This document shows positions 25,659 to 41,900 of a DNA stretch of 64,000 nt, one piece after another. Each line of letters starts with the position of its first letter. Position 1 is the stretch's first letter. The notes below the pieces were generated by a model that saw only the letters and a list, made by a program, of their open reading frames with translations, did not search any database and had not been told where the DNA came from. This stretch comes from Lama guanicoe (Eukaryota): NCBI GenBank assembly GCA_013239625.1, contig MU056816.1, positions 2,796,773 through 2,860,772 on the forward strand, given 5' to 3'. A program made the position numbers and the translations under genes.

Positions 25659-26810
25659 TCAGCTGTAAAGCCAGGCTATTACCCGACACCGCAGGATGCC
25701 TAGTGCTCCTTGGAGCCAGGAGCAGTGGGGTTCAGTTCTTTCACCATTAGAGCCATCCACCAGCTTCCAGGCTTTCTGCATCTCCATGGGATCCAACCCG
25801 TGGGATGTCAGCAGGAATTTCCCATAGCAGCACCGGTCCAGAGGGTAGTGGGTCGCACCAGCCAGCTTGACAGAGTGGGTTGGGGTGAGGCCTCCTCGTC
25901 GGGCACTTACTCCCACAAAGACATCCTCCAGAGGCAGAGGGGGTGCCCGGCTGGCCACCTTCAGGATGAGCTGCACGGCGGAAGCTGATAGCACATAACC
26001 TGTGCCTGAGGCATAGGGGGGAAAGGGGCCCCAGGTGGGAGGCCACTGCTCCTCTGATATCTGGTGCTTGCCCCCTGGTGTCCGAGAGGGGTGCACCCGC
26101 CAGTGCACACGGCCCAAATACAAAAGAGGCACTGAATGGCTCCCCAAGGTGGGGCCTCCTTCCCACTTTTCATCTCTAACCTTAGCCTTTTTCTGGGGCT
26201 CCATGCCCCTCTTCTGTTGCTCCCAATGGCCCCCTCGCCGGACCAGCTCTGATACTAGTTCCGGGACGTTGACATACACGTCATCGTCAGTTTTGAGGAT
26301 GTAGCGCGCCATGGGGCAGTGTTTGTCCGCCCAGTTGAGCCCACTGAGGGTCTTGAGGGTGAGGTTGCGGTAGGAATCCTGGAAGGCCGCCTGCATGATG
26401 TCCCCCTGGGCCGCTGACTCCCGTGCCAGGTCGTTCCCGTGGGAGTCCCCGGTGGGATGGCGCCAGCTTGGTTCCCCCAGTAGAAAGAGAGTCTGCACCC
26501 TGAGCCCCTGGGCCTCGCGTAGGCCGCCCCATGAGGCCCTAATGGCATTTCTCTGGTTCAGGTTCTCTGGGGCCGTGCACACTAGGATTAGCAGGAAGGG
26601 AGGGGCAACGGGACCACTACACAGCTTCTCGTTGGGGATCAAGAGGCGGGGCAGGGCCAGGGGCGGCCCAGGCGAGACAGGGGCAGGGACCAGGGAGGCT
26701 AGCGAGAGGCTCAGCAGCTCTTCCCCGATGCCCGAGGGCCCAAATAGGGTCCAGACAATCACCAACAGCAGGGCGACGAGGAGAAGGCGCCGGAAGAGAC
26801 TGAGGGGCAT
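25659..26810 (-). CDS. B3GALT4: Beta-1,3-galactosyltransferase 4 (GM1 synthase), intronless, 383 aa
   Basis: Single ORF with an N-terminal signal anchor and GT31 motifs RNAIRASWG, FQDSYRNLTLKT, YILKTDDDVYVN, PPYASGTGYVLS and LEDVFVG. Lies between WDR46 and RPS18 as expected from synteny. Confidence 0.97.
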   Translation of the reverse strand: MPLSLFRRLLLVALLLVIVWTLFGPSGIGEELLSLSLASLVPAPVSPGPPLALPRLLIPNEKLCSGPVAPPFLLILVCTAPENLNQRNAIRASWGGLREAQGLRVQTLFLLGEPSWRHPTGDSHGNDLARESAAQGDIMQAAFQDSYRNLTLKTLSGLNWADKHCPMARYILKTDDDVYVNVPELVSELVRRGGHWEQQKRGMEPQKKAKVRDEKWEGGPTLGSHSVPLLYLGRVHWRVHPSRTPGGKHQISEEQWPPTWGPFPPYASGTGYVLSASAVQLILKVASRAPPLPLEDVFVGVSARRGGLTPTHSVKLAGATHYPLDRCCYGKFLLTSHGLDPMEMQKAWKLVDGSNGERTEPHCSWLQGALGILRCRVIAWLYS

Positions 26811-27350
26811 GGTGTGGCACGGTCAGAAGGGATCTGGAGGGAAAGATGGAGGGCAGTTAATGGCCAGGGAGCCCAGCTCTCGGAAACCTGGGTCCTTAAA
26901 GGGCCACGCCTGGGATGGGGCGGGCGAATCGCGAGGCTAGTATCAGCGCCGGAAGGTGCTGACGCGGGAGGCGGCGCGGCGGGAACCCTGGGGGCAGCTT
27001 TGGAGAGGTTACCTTGTCGGCGCGGCTCCAGAGCCCGGCTCCATGGCTGGCCGCTCCGCTTCACCAGCCGCCTTCCCCGCCCAAGTCCCGCCCCTTTCGC
27101 CGGGCGGGCTTGGCGCTGCGCAACCCCGCCGGAAGCTTCGCAACCGCGCGACGCACAGACTACAGGCGGGAGTGGGTGGGGTGGAAGCGTGACCGTTCCC
27201 CGGACCAGGCAGGAATGAAATTGGACCCGTGTCTTAGCCGACAAACGCTGTGCAGCCGGACCGGCAGCGGCCTCCCCCGCGACCGCGCATCCCACCTCCC
27301 TGACGTCCCGGGGCCCAGTTTTTCTGGGTCGTCGTAATCAGCATACCCCC
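26811..27350 (-). promoter_or_regulatory. B3GALT4 CpG-island promoter
   Basis: CpG-dense with GC boxes and a CCGGAAG site, directly upstream of the ATG. Confidence 0.7.
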
Positions 27351-27761
27351 CCAACTTTCCGATTCTGGGCCCCTACCTTGTAAAACCTGGGGTGGTAAAG
27401 ATCTGCAAATTCTCATCCAAGCAATTGGCTAGGCTCAGCTACTACACAAGGCACAACATTCCACACGCCAAACCCAAGGAACCTCGTCTTCATACTGGTC
27501 AGGGCTCCCCCTCAAGGCTGAGTGTTGCTTATTCCTCCCTCCCACCTTTGAGCGACACACTAGATAAAGGGTTGCTTCCGGTAGGGTGGGGACTAGCAAT
27601 AGTAAGCTTTAATCAAGACCAAGGACATTGGGTACCTGAGGGGGCAATCAGCTAAGAGGGAAAAAGGACCAACAGGGTCCAGCATTACAGCACATTCCCT
27701 TATCAGTGTCCCAGAAAAATGGCAAGGACCACAAAGAAGGAAGCCATAACTGTATAAACTA

Positions 27762-27767
27762 TTTATT
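27762..27767 (-). terminator. RPS18 polyadenylation signal
   Basis: AATAAA about 20 nt past the stop codon. Confidence 0.75.
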
Positions 27768-27787
27768 AACAGACAACGCCCACAAAT

Positions 27788-31907
<4,120 letters not shown>

Positions 31908-32332
31908 GGCGGCGGCCCCAGCGGCGGTGTGTAGGCCTCCAGTGGAAGAGAGAACGGAAGTTACGTAACAGCCTTTTATAGCTAGCAGGCGGAAGAGGCG
32001 GAGCGGTCTCTGCGAGGAGCTTCCGGAAACTGCACGAGACTTCTGAGAGTCCGCTCTGGGCACAACAACTTCCGGTGCGGTCTCCCTTTAAAGTTCGTAA
32101 AGTTCTTGGGTGTGAGAGCAACGAAGGTTCCGGGTTGAGATCGTGCTTAAGACTTCCAATTCCCATTTACACTTGGGTGAAGCGGTTACACCTGAAAGGG
32201 GAAGGCTGGAGTCAAACAATTTAACTCAAATATCTGGGAACGATTTCGCGCTTTGCAAGACATTCCAGGACTTCGAGTTCCAATCCGCGGAACGGAGTCG
32301 CCTGACAGCTGCCGGAAGTGAGGCTGCGCGGA
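31908..32332. promoter_or_regulatory. RPS18/VPS52 bidirectional promoter, including the RPS18 5'TOP initiator
   Basis: Minus-strand CTCTCTTCC near 31952 with TATAAAA at 31980-31974 (about -28). ETS sites near 31954, 32068 and 32312. ATGs are about 425 bp apart. Confidence 0.88.
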
Positions 32333-35300
32333 ATGGCCGCTGCTGCGACCATGGCCGCAGCTGCCCGGGAGCTGGTGCTGCGGACGGGGGCCTCAGATAT
32401 GGAGGAGGAAGAGGGCCCGCTGGTGAGAGCGCAGGGATATTTTTCCTCCAGAGGCTTTTCAGGCCTCCTCACGTCAGAAGGGCCTGGGTTGCATGTAGGC
32501 ACAAGGTTAGGAGCTCGGCTTCTACCGTTGATGCTACCTGGTCTGGCTCTTCATACCCCTCCCTGGGATGGACTGGAGCCCGAGCGGGGACCAGAATGGC
32601 CGAGACTCAGGTTCTGGGGACACAATTTCAGTTAACCTCCGGATGTTTGGGCAGAAGAGAAGCAATGTAGTGTAAAGGTTAAGAACATGGCTTCTGGAGT
32701 CAAACTGCCGGGGTTCTAATTCCAGCTCTGCCACTTAAACTTTGTGTGTCTTTGGGCACATTAACTAGCTTTTTTGTGCCAGTACTTTCCATACCTATGA
32801 AGTGAAGAAAATGAGACCTACTATATAGGGTGTCGGCTAGGAGTAAATGACTTAGTATATGTAAGTTGGCACCTGACATGCAGGTAAACACTGTTAGCTG
32901 ACATTTCTGGAAAGGCTAGGGCTCCCCAGAGGAATTGTGATAGAACACTTAAGGTAGCAGGAGTCTGGGGATCCTAAATTCAACTGCAATTTCAGCTCTG
33001 TTCTCTGCATCTCCTAATTTTCCTCATTTGGTCACTTCGCCCCTTGGTGGGTTGCTTGTCTCCTTGTCATATTCCCTACACATCAGCCCCAACTAGTAGA
33101 CTGGGTACCATATGAGACTTATGGGATTTTTTTGACTCAGTACCTACCTATGACCCTAGTAAAAGTCCCTCTCCCCAACTTAAAGCATTGGGGTTTATCC
33201 CATTATATTTTGTTCTCCCCCTTTCTTTCCTATAACCTGCCCCTCTCCAGGGGGGTGGTCCGGGTCTTCAGGAGCCATTGCAACTTGGAGAGTTGGACAT
33301 CACCTCTGATGAATTCATCCTGGATGAAGTGGATGGTAAGTGTTGGCACTGGGTGGATGCAATACTTATAATCTGAGAGGCATAGGGGCCAGAAGTGATA
33401 AAGCAGGGATTGGTGTGTAGATGTTTAATGTTGGGAGAGGGAGCTGTGGAGCCAGCTGAACCCTTACGATAAACTTCTGTTTCCAGTTCACATTCAGGCA
33501 AATCTGGAGGATGAGTTAGTAAAGGAAGCTCTTAAAACGGTGAGGCTTTCCACTATACTAATCTGCCCCTCCACCTACCCTCTCCTCAAAGAAAAGAAAA
33601 CAGTCTCTTGCTCTTAAAATGTCACCCTGTCTTACTTTCTAGTCCTTTGTTGATTCTGTCCTGGTGTTCCTTCGCTGACTCTCTCCTGCTGACCTGTAAT
33701 GTTTATGTTCTCCCAGGGCGTGGATCTCCGGCACTATTCAAAGCAGGTTGAACTGGAGCTACAACAGATTGAGCAGAAATCCATTCGGGATTGTATCCTC
33801 TAGCAGAGGAAAAGGGTGGTGTTATTAAGATGGAGATTTTATGGGGTGTGGTGCTGATGTCATGCTGGGGCTTCCATCTTCTTTCTGAGGTTTCTGTCAG
33901 CTCGGGGAGAAATTGGAAAGGGCCTGCAAATCTGAGGATCTCTGTTTTCATGATGACACTCCTTGACTTTTGTGGGTCAGATATCCAAGAGAGTGAGAAC
34001 ATAGCTTCTCTGCACAACCAGATCACAGCCTGCGATGCTGTCCTTGAGGTTAGTAACCATGACTTGTGACCCCAATAACCCTGAACCAGATCATGGTCGC
34101 TAGTACCATTCTTTAGGTCATTAGCCTTAGGTGGGGACAGTTAGAGCCACTTTCAGGGTGACCTAAGCGGCTTTTTTGTTCTTGCTGTCATAACTAATGT
34201 TATTTGCTAGTGACCTTTGGGGTACATCTTCCCTTATGACCTGCTGCCCTCATAGACTGATAGATACTGGAGACTACCAAGAAACTTGCGTGGCCCACTC
34301 ATCCCCTGCCACCCCAATGGCAATTCAGCAACACTTCTGCCTTCCCCCCAGCGCATGGAGCAGATGTTGGGAGCTTTTCAGAGTGATCTCAGCTCCATCA
34401 GCTCTGAGATCCGGACACTGCAGGAACAGTCAGGCGCCATGAATATTCGGCTTCGAAACCGCCAGGCTGTCCGGGGGAAACTGGGGGAGCTTGTCGATGG
34501 CCTAGTGGTGCCCTCTGCTCTTGTCGCGTGAGTCACCAATCTGAAGGGTCATAATGTCTATAGTAAGTAGATGGGCTGGAGTGACCTACGCTGCTTACCC
34601 CATGGGCCTCCTGGCTCCCAATCATCAAGTGCCTTCCAAAAACCGATCAGTGGATTGACAACCTTTATAACCTTGACCTGTGCTTTAGGCATCAAAGATG
34701 AGGGATCATCCAGGGTCAGGCATGTAGTGAGGGGGTCCAAGGCTTACATGGGCAGTAGGGATGTGTATTTGTCCAGGAACAGAAAACTTTTTCTGTATGT
34801 TCCAACTACATGATACAGTGTAAGAATGGAGAAGAGACGGGCTGGATGTAAGGGGTATGTTTTAAAGTCTAGGGATATCTGGGTCTCTCTCCTAACCCAT
34901 CCCATCCCTCCCTGCTACCCAGGGCAATTCTGGAGGCACCAGTGACAGAGCCCAGGTTCCTGGAGCAGCTGCAGGAACTGGATGCCAAGGCAGCTGCAGT
35001 CCGAGAGCAGGAAGCTAGAGGGACGGCGGCCTGTGCAGACGTCAGAGGCGTTCTTGACCGGCTCCGGGTCAAGGTCGGGGGTGGGGGTGGATACTCCTGA
35101 GACCACAAGAACCAGCCTCCCTGAGATGTACACCCCTGGATTTCCCTGGCAGAGCTCATTCTCACATCTCTGGGTTTCCCTGAAAGTCATTGTTTTCTTT
35201 AATGGAGATACTGGGGATTGAACCTAGAACCTCGTGCATGCTAAGCATGTGCTCTGCCACCGAGCTATACCCTCCCCACCTTAAGAAATATTGAAGAGAT

Positions 35301-38300
35301 ATTCTCTACTCTTCCCCCTATATTGAAGATTTGTTACTTCCCTAATGCTTCCCAAACTGAGAAGGTTGCAGCTTCATGCCCTGTGTTTGGTCCCCCATGC
35401 CTAGGCAGTGACGAAGATCCGGGAGTTCATCCTTCAGAAGATTTATTCCTTCAGAAAACCCATGACCAACTATCAGATCCCCCAGACGGCCCTGCTGAAG
35501 TACAGGTCACCACCAGAAGGAAGGGCTTGGGATGGCCTCTGAGCTTTTGAGCAACCCAGCGTGCTGTCTGGTGTCTTGGGCAGGCAGGGAGACTGACTGG
35601 TCCCGACCCCTGCAGGTTCTTCTATCAGTTCCTGCTGGGCAATGAACGAGCAACAGCGAAGGAGATAAGGGACGAATACGTGGAGACGCTGAGCAAGATC
35701 TACCTGTCTTACTACCGCTCTTACCTGGGGCGGCTCATGAAGGTGCAGGTGAGGCCACAGAGGGAGAAGTATTCCTGGGCACCTGGGCTGGGCAGAGGGG
35801 CAGCCACTGGGCAACGGGGGACACTATAAAGAGAATTTTTTTTTGTTGAGCTTTGGGAAGCTATGGTTACCAGTTCTCTTTTCACTAGTATGAGGAAGTC
35901 GCTGAGAAGGACGATCTAATGGGCGTGGAAGATACAGCAAAGAAAGATATCCTGGAGCTGAGGAGCCCTCATGCCAGGCCTGGGGAGTGAGGGGGCTCCT
36001 GGCTCCAGCCTCCAAGGCTTTGCTGCTTACCTTTTTCTGTGAGAACAAAACCTCTGAGAATGATTAAAGGCTGTGGCCACCCTCCCCAGAAAAATGCACA
36101 GATGATTTTGACACATCGTTTTGCATGTGATGTCAGGGGGTGTAGAGGGTTCTACAGATGTAGGTAAAATGGGGTCCTGGTACTGGGAAAGAGGGGCACC
36201 TAGGCTGTGTTTGGCTGCCAGGGGTCCCTGGAGGTCCTGAGTCTTTGATCTTCCATTACGGTTGTAATCTTATTGTTTTCCTTGACTTGGAGCCTTCACG
36301 ATTCTTCTCAAAACCATCCCTCCGCAGCAGGAACACCATCTTCACCCTGGGGACCCGTGGCTCTGTCATCTCCCCCACTGAACTGGAGGCACCCATCCTC
36401 GTGCCCCACACCGCCCAGCGGGGAGAACAGCGGGTAGGGGGAGGAACAAGCTTCAGTCAGGAGAGGGACTCTGAGGCCAGACCTCAGAGCCAAGCCCTGC
36501 AGGCCCCTGTGTGAATCCCCTTCTCCAGTCACCCCAGTGTCCTGTGATGAGAAGAGGGTTGGGACCCTTGACTTAGGGTGTGCAGGGGGGGGAGGCTGGC
36601 AAGGGGAATGACGTGTCACGAGGCAGGTGTGAGTGGATGCAGGAGCAGCAGCTGCAGATGTGGTTGGGCTCTTTTGTCCGTTCTCCCCCGATGTCTTCTG
36701 TATCCATTGAGGATGCTCTTTCGCAGCCTGGACATGGCTTAGATGCGGAGGGTCTCTTGAGCTCTCAATACCCAGGTTTGCTGATTTTCTAGCCACATCC
36801 AGGGGAGTCAGTATTGGGGTCCATCCCTTCTGTCTCTCTTCCTAGTATCCTTTTGAGGCCCTCTTCCGCAGCCAGCACTACGCCCTCCTGGACAACTCCT
36901 GCCGTGAATATCTTTTCATCTGTGAATTCTTTGTTGTGTCCGGCCCAGCTGCACACGACCTCTTCCATTCTGTCATGGGCCGTACACTCAACATGACCCT
37001 GGTAAGCTCCCTAGGCCCTGTGCTCTTAGGCTTCTCTGTCCCCAGTCCTCGTCAGCACCGCAATGAGGTCATAGCTCTGGTGGTACTGAAACCAGGATCC
37101 CCTCGTTCCAAAATGTGTATGCCTGATACTGTGTGACTGTCCATCAAAGCTTGGGGTCTCTGAAGTTACCCCTCCTGCTGATCCACACCTAGGCTATAGC
37201 ACCTGAAAACTCAGGGGCCCCTTGGTGCTCAGTCCTGAATTCTGCTATGATGGGCTTGTGATCATAGATCTGGTGAGCAAGGCAGTGGACAGGGAAGGAG
37301 GGAGCATTTCCCTCTCAGATCTCCACCCACTTCAGGGCTGCATCCCTAGAGGAGCGTGTACATTTGTCTGTGGCCACTGGGAAGGACAAAGTAACAAATG
37401 CTCTCTTCCCATCCTCTGCCTGTTCCTAAATCACAGAAACACCTGGAGTCCTATCTGGCTGACTGTTACGACGCCATTGCTGTTTTTCTCTGTATCCACA
37501 TTGTCCTCCGATTCCGCAACATTGCAGCCAAGAGGGATGTTCCCGCTCTAGACAGGTCACTGAATTCTGGTCCTTGATGCCCCACTGGCCTTGAACTCTT
37601 GGTCTCATACAAGCCTGCCCTGACCCTTGGGCTCCTCCTGACCTGACACCATTGACCGTGCTGCTTTCAGACTTACTGTTCACACTCACTCCTACCTCCA
37701 CTAGCCGTTAACCTTTGATCAGGGTTCCCATATGCACACCTGACCCCTAGCCCTGCCCACCATCCCCCCATATTCCTTGCCGGCTGATCTCTGATTCTGA
37801 TTAAGCCCACAGGTACTGGGAACAGGTGCTTGCCTTGCTGTGGCCACGGTTTGAACTGATCCTGGAGATGAATGTCCAGAGCGTCCGAAGCACTGACCCT
37901 CAGCGCCTTGGGGGGCTGGATACTCGGCCTCACTATGTGAGGGAGGGCAAGGGTAACAGAAGGGTTATTGAAAGGCAGGGCTCTGAGCTTCACTGTGGGG
38001 GTTGCCCAGCTTCACAGTTGAGTTATGGGCCTGGCTGGAAATTTCCAGGGTCCCACCCTGAGTGAGGGGCAGTCGAGGAGTGTGGTCAGACTCGGGGGTT
38101 GGGCACTGTTGGTAGGAGGGGTTGGAGGCCGGAGTCCCACAGAGGTTAGTTGGCCAGCTTCAACGGATTTGGGGGGTTGTGTTGGTTGGGCCGGGGGTTG
38201 GTGTGATTTTTCTTCCCATCTTCTTTCTCCCAGATCACACGCCGATATGCAGAGTTCTCCTCTGCTCTTGTCAGCATCAACCAGACGATTCCCAACGAAC

Positions 38301-38871
38301 GGACGATGCAGCTGCTGGGCCAACTCCAGGTGAGAGGAGGGTGGGAGAGGTTTCCCAGGTGGGCTGGATTGCAGGGAAGGGCCACACACCCTTGTCCCCT
38401 GAGTCATCTCCCCCTTTCGGCTTTTTCAGGTGGAAGTGGAGAATTTTGTCCTCCGAGTGGCAGCTGAGTTCTCCTCGAGGAAGGAGCAGCTTGTGTTTCT
38501 GATCAACAACTATGACATGATGCTGGGTGTGCTGATGGTAACAGACCCCTTCTCCCTGTCTCCCTACCCAGAGAATTCAGGGTCCCCCCACTGCTCTGTG
38601 AACTCCACGAGAACGAGGATTATGTTGACCTCATTCAGTGTCTTATTCTTGGAGTCTGGCACAGTGTCTGGCTCCCACAATAAATGTGGAAGGAAGGGTA
38701 TGTTCTAATGTGAAGGGCAGCTTCTCCCCAAACTTGAGATTTCCCTTTGTCCTCCCTTAGGAACGGGCAGCAGATGACAGCAAAGAGGTTGAAAGTTTCC
38801 AGCAGCTGCTCAATGCTCGGACACAGGTAGAGGTGTGGGGACAAGGAAAGGGACAGTCCTGTGTGTGTTTT

Positions 38872-38903
<32 letters not shown>

Positions 38904-41900
38904 AGGGAGTGGCAGTTAGTGGACTCAGATAAACAGAATTGGCATTACTATAACTTGGGTCACAACATGCTGTCATTATTGGGCTATTTTTATTTTCCTT
39001 TGTAATTTTTTTAGTGATGTAGACATCCATGAACCCACCACACACTTTGGCAACAACCAACATCGATGTATGAATTCCTCTTCACCCCATCTCCCTGCCT
39101 CTTTCACAGAGGGCACCTATGGGCCTAAATCTTGTGTTTCTTATGCCCTTGCTTTTAAAAATACAGGTATAGGTATGCTGAAACAACAATTAGTTTGGTT
39201 TTTGAGTGTCATAAAAACAGAATCACAGGATTATTTCATGCATAATTTTTCTAGTGTCATGTCGTTGCGTATGGTTGTAGCTCATTCTTTTTCACTACTG
39301 TATACTGTCACGTAATGTGAATATAACATGTTCTCCTGTAAGTGGTCATTTGTATTATTTCCAGTTTCTTGCTACCATGAGCATTATTTTATGAAGAATT
39401 CTGTCTTTGAGCACACAAAGGTGGTAGGTAAATTTTATCAAAGCTCTCTTGGAAGTAGGAGTAGGCTTGCTGCATATGGGATATGCCAGTGTTCTACTTT
39501 ATGAGACAATGTCAAATTGTTTTCCTAAGTGGTTGAACCAATTTATTCCTTATCTCATTGAGTCATATTTTCTCCACCACATGGTATATCAGACTATCTT
39601 TGTCATTCTGATAGGTATCCCATTGGGATCTTAATTTGCACTTTCCTGATTACTAATATAATTGAGCGTCATTTCAAATGTTAAGTAGCCATACACATTT
39701 TTCTTTTCTGTAAAACATCTGTTATAGTATTTGACCTTTTAAAAATTGGGTTGTTATGTTTTTCTTTTTGATTTGTAAGAGTTCTTAATATATTTTATAT
39801 TTATCTACATAACCTTTTTGTTGATTATATAGATTGCAGATACATTTCCGTATGTGTTTTATCTTTTTGCTTTTTTTATGTTATCTTTAGGTGAACAGAA
39901 ATTTCTAAGTGTAATATGATTGAATTTATTAATCTCTATTTTTATTGTCTTAAGAAATCTCTGATTACCTGAGTCAGAAAAACATTATACTATGTTTTGG
40001 AGTATGTTTGTAGTCTTAATATTGTAGAATTTTGCTTTTTACTTTTAAGTACTTTTGGAATTTACCTAAATATGCCTAGAATTTATTTTTGTGTATGATG
40101 TATGATAGGGATCTAACTCAGTTTTTTCTATTTGGATAATGATGGGTCCTGAACAATTTATAGGAAGCCCCTTTCTTACCCTGCTTGGTCGGCAGTCCTG
40201 CCTCTGTCACATAGTAAAACTCCACAAACGTGTATGTCTTGCCTCTATTCTGCCTATTCTGTTGATCAGTTTGTCTACCCTGCTGTACAGTTTTAATTAT
40301 GCTTCTAGGGCAAATTCTCCTGCCTTCTTTTTCATCATTTTCTTGAGTATTATTGGCCTCTTGATTTTTCATGTGAATTTTATGATCCGCTTATAAGTTT
40401 TCACATTTAAAAAAAGCCCATTAAGGATTTTGGTTGGAATTGCATTGGTTAATTTGAAAGAATTGACACTTTATGATATTGAAACTTCCCGTCCATGAAC
40501 ATGGGCTTCCTCTCCATCTTTTAAAAATTTTATTTTTGCGGGGGCAGGTAGTTAGGTTTGCTTATTTATTTGTTTTTAGAGGAGATACTAGGGATCGAAC
40601 CCAGGACGTCATGCGCGCTAAGCATGTGCTCTACCACTTGNNNNNNNNNNNNNNNNNNNNNNNNNNNNNNNNNNNNNNNNNNNNNNNNNNNNNNNNNNNN
40701 NNNNNNNNNNNNNNNNNNNNNNNNNNNNNNNNNNNNNNNNNNNNNNNNNNNNNNNNNNNNNNNNNNNNNNNNNNNNNNNNNNNNNNNNNNNNNNNNNNNN
40801 NNNNNNNNNNNNNNNNNNNNNNNNNNNNNNNNNNNNNNNNNNAGTTATTCTGTAATGTCTTTTAAGAACCTTTTATACTTTTCAGTGCAGAGACATTGCA
40901 AATCTTTTGTTAGAGTTGTTCCTGGCTAGATGTACTATGTAGATTTAGTCCTACGAGGAATAAGTAAATCCTTCCTTATCCTTTGCCTTTGATTTCTATG
41001 TCTTTAATCCCTTTCTGTTCTGGCCAGGACCTCTGTGACAGAGTTGAATAGTGCAATAAAGGGTAACAGTGAGAACCCTTATCCTGTTGCTGAGTTTAAA
41101 AGAAATACTTTAATCATTTTACCATTAACAGTAATGTGGCTACAGGGTTTTTTGGTAGATGCCCTTTATCAGGTTTGGAAAATTCCTTTTAATCCTTCAT
41201 GTGCTAGGAGTTATTATTGTGGTTATTCTACTTGGAATAAATCTACCTTTATTGAGGAATAATTACTAGGAATAATACTAGGAATTACTGGGAATAATGA
41301 CTACATTTTTTTCTAATTGTTTGGACTTTCTACTCTATTCTTTTAGAATCTGTCCTTTAAATAAATTGTTGTTCCTTAAATATTAAAAGAAATTTACTTG
41401 TTTGAACTGGTATACAGAAATGCTGTTGATTTTTGTATATTGATTATGTAGCCAGCCACCTTCCTAAGCTATTTCTAATAATGTTTCTGTGTGCTTCTTT
41501 GTAGGCATTCATCATTTACAAATTGTGACAATTGCAGTTCTTCCTTTCTGACCCTTATGTCTTTAATTTATTATTACTGCACTGAACAGTACCTCCAGTA
41601 CAAAGCTGAATAGTTGAATAGAAGTGGTGATAGTAAGAACCCTTTTCTCTTCCTAGTTTTAAAAGGAATTCTTCTATCATTTCCTCTTAAGAGTAATGTT
41701 GTTGTAGGTTTTTTACAGATCTCTTTTATCAGGTGAAGAAAATTCCTTTCACTCCTTAGGATGCCAAGAGTTATTATTTTTTAAAATTATAATTTTCTTT
41801 TTAAAATTAATATTTTTAAAAATATAAGTGAGTATTGAATTTTTAATCAAGAATGTATGCTTTTTCTGTAATTGGTGAGGTAATCATAGTCCATTTAAAA

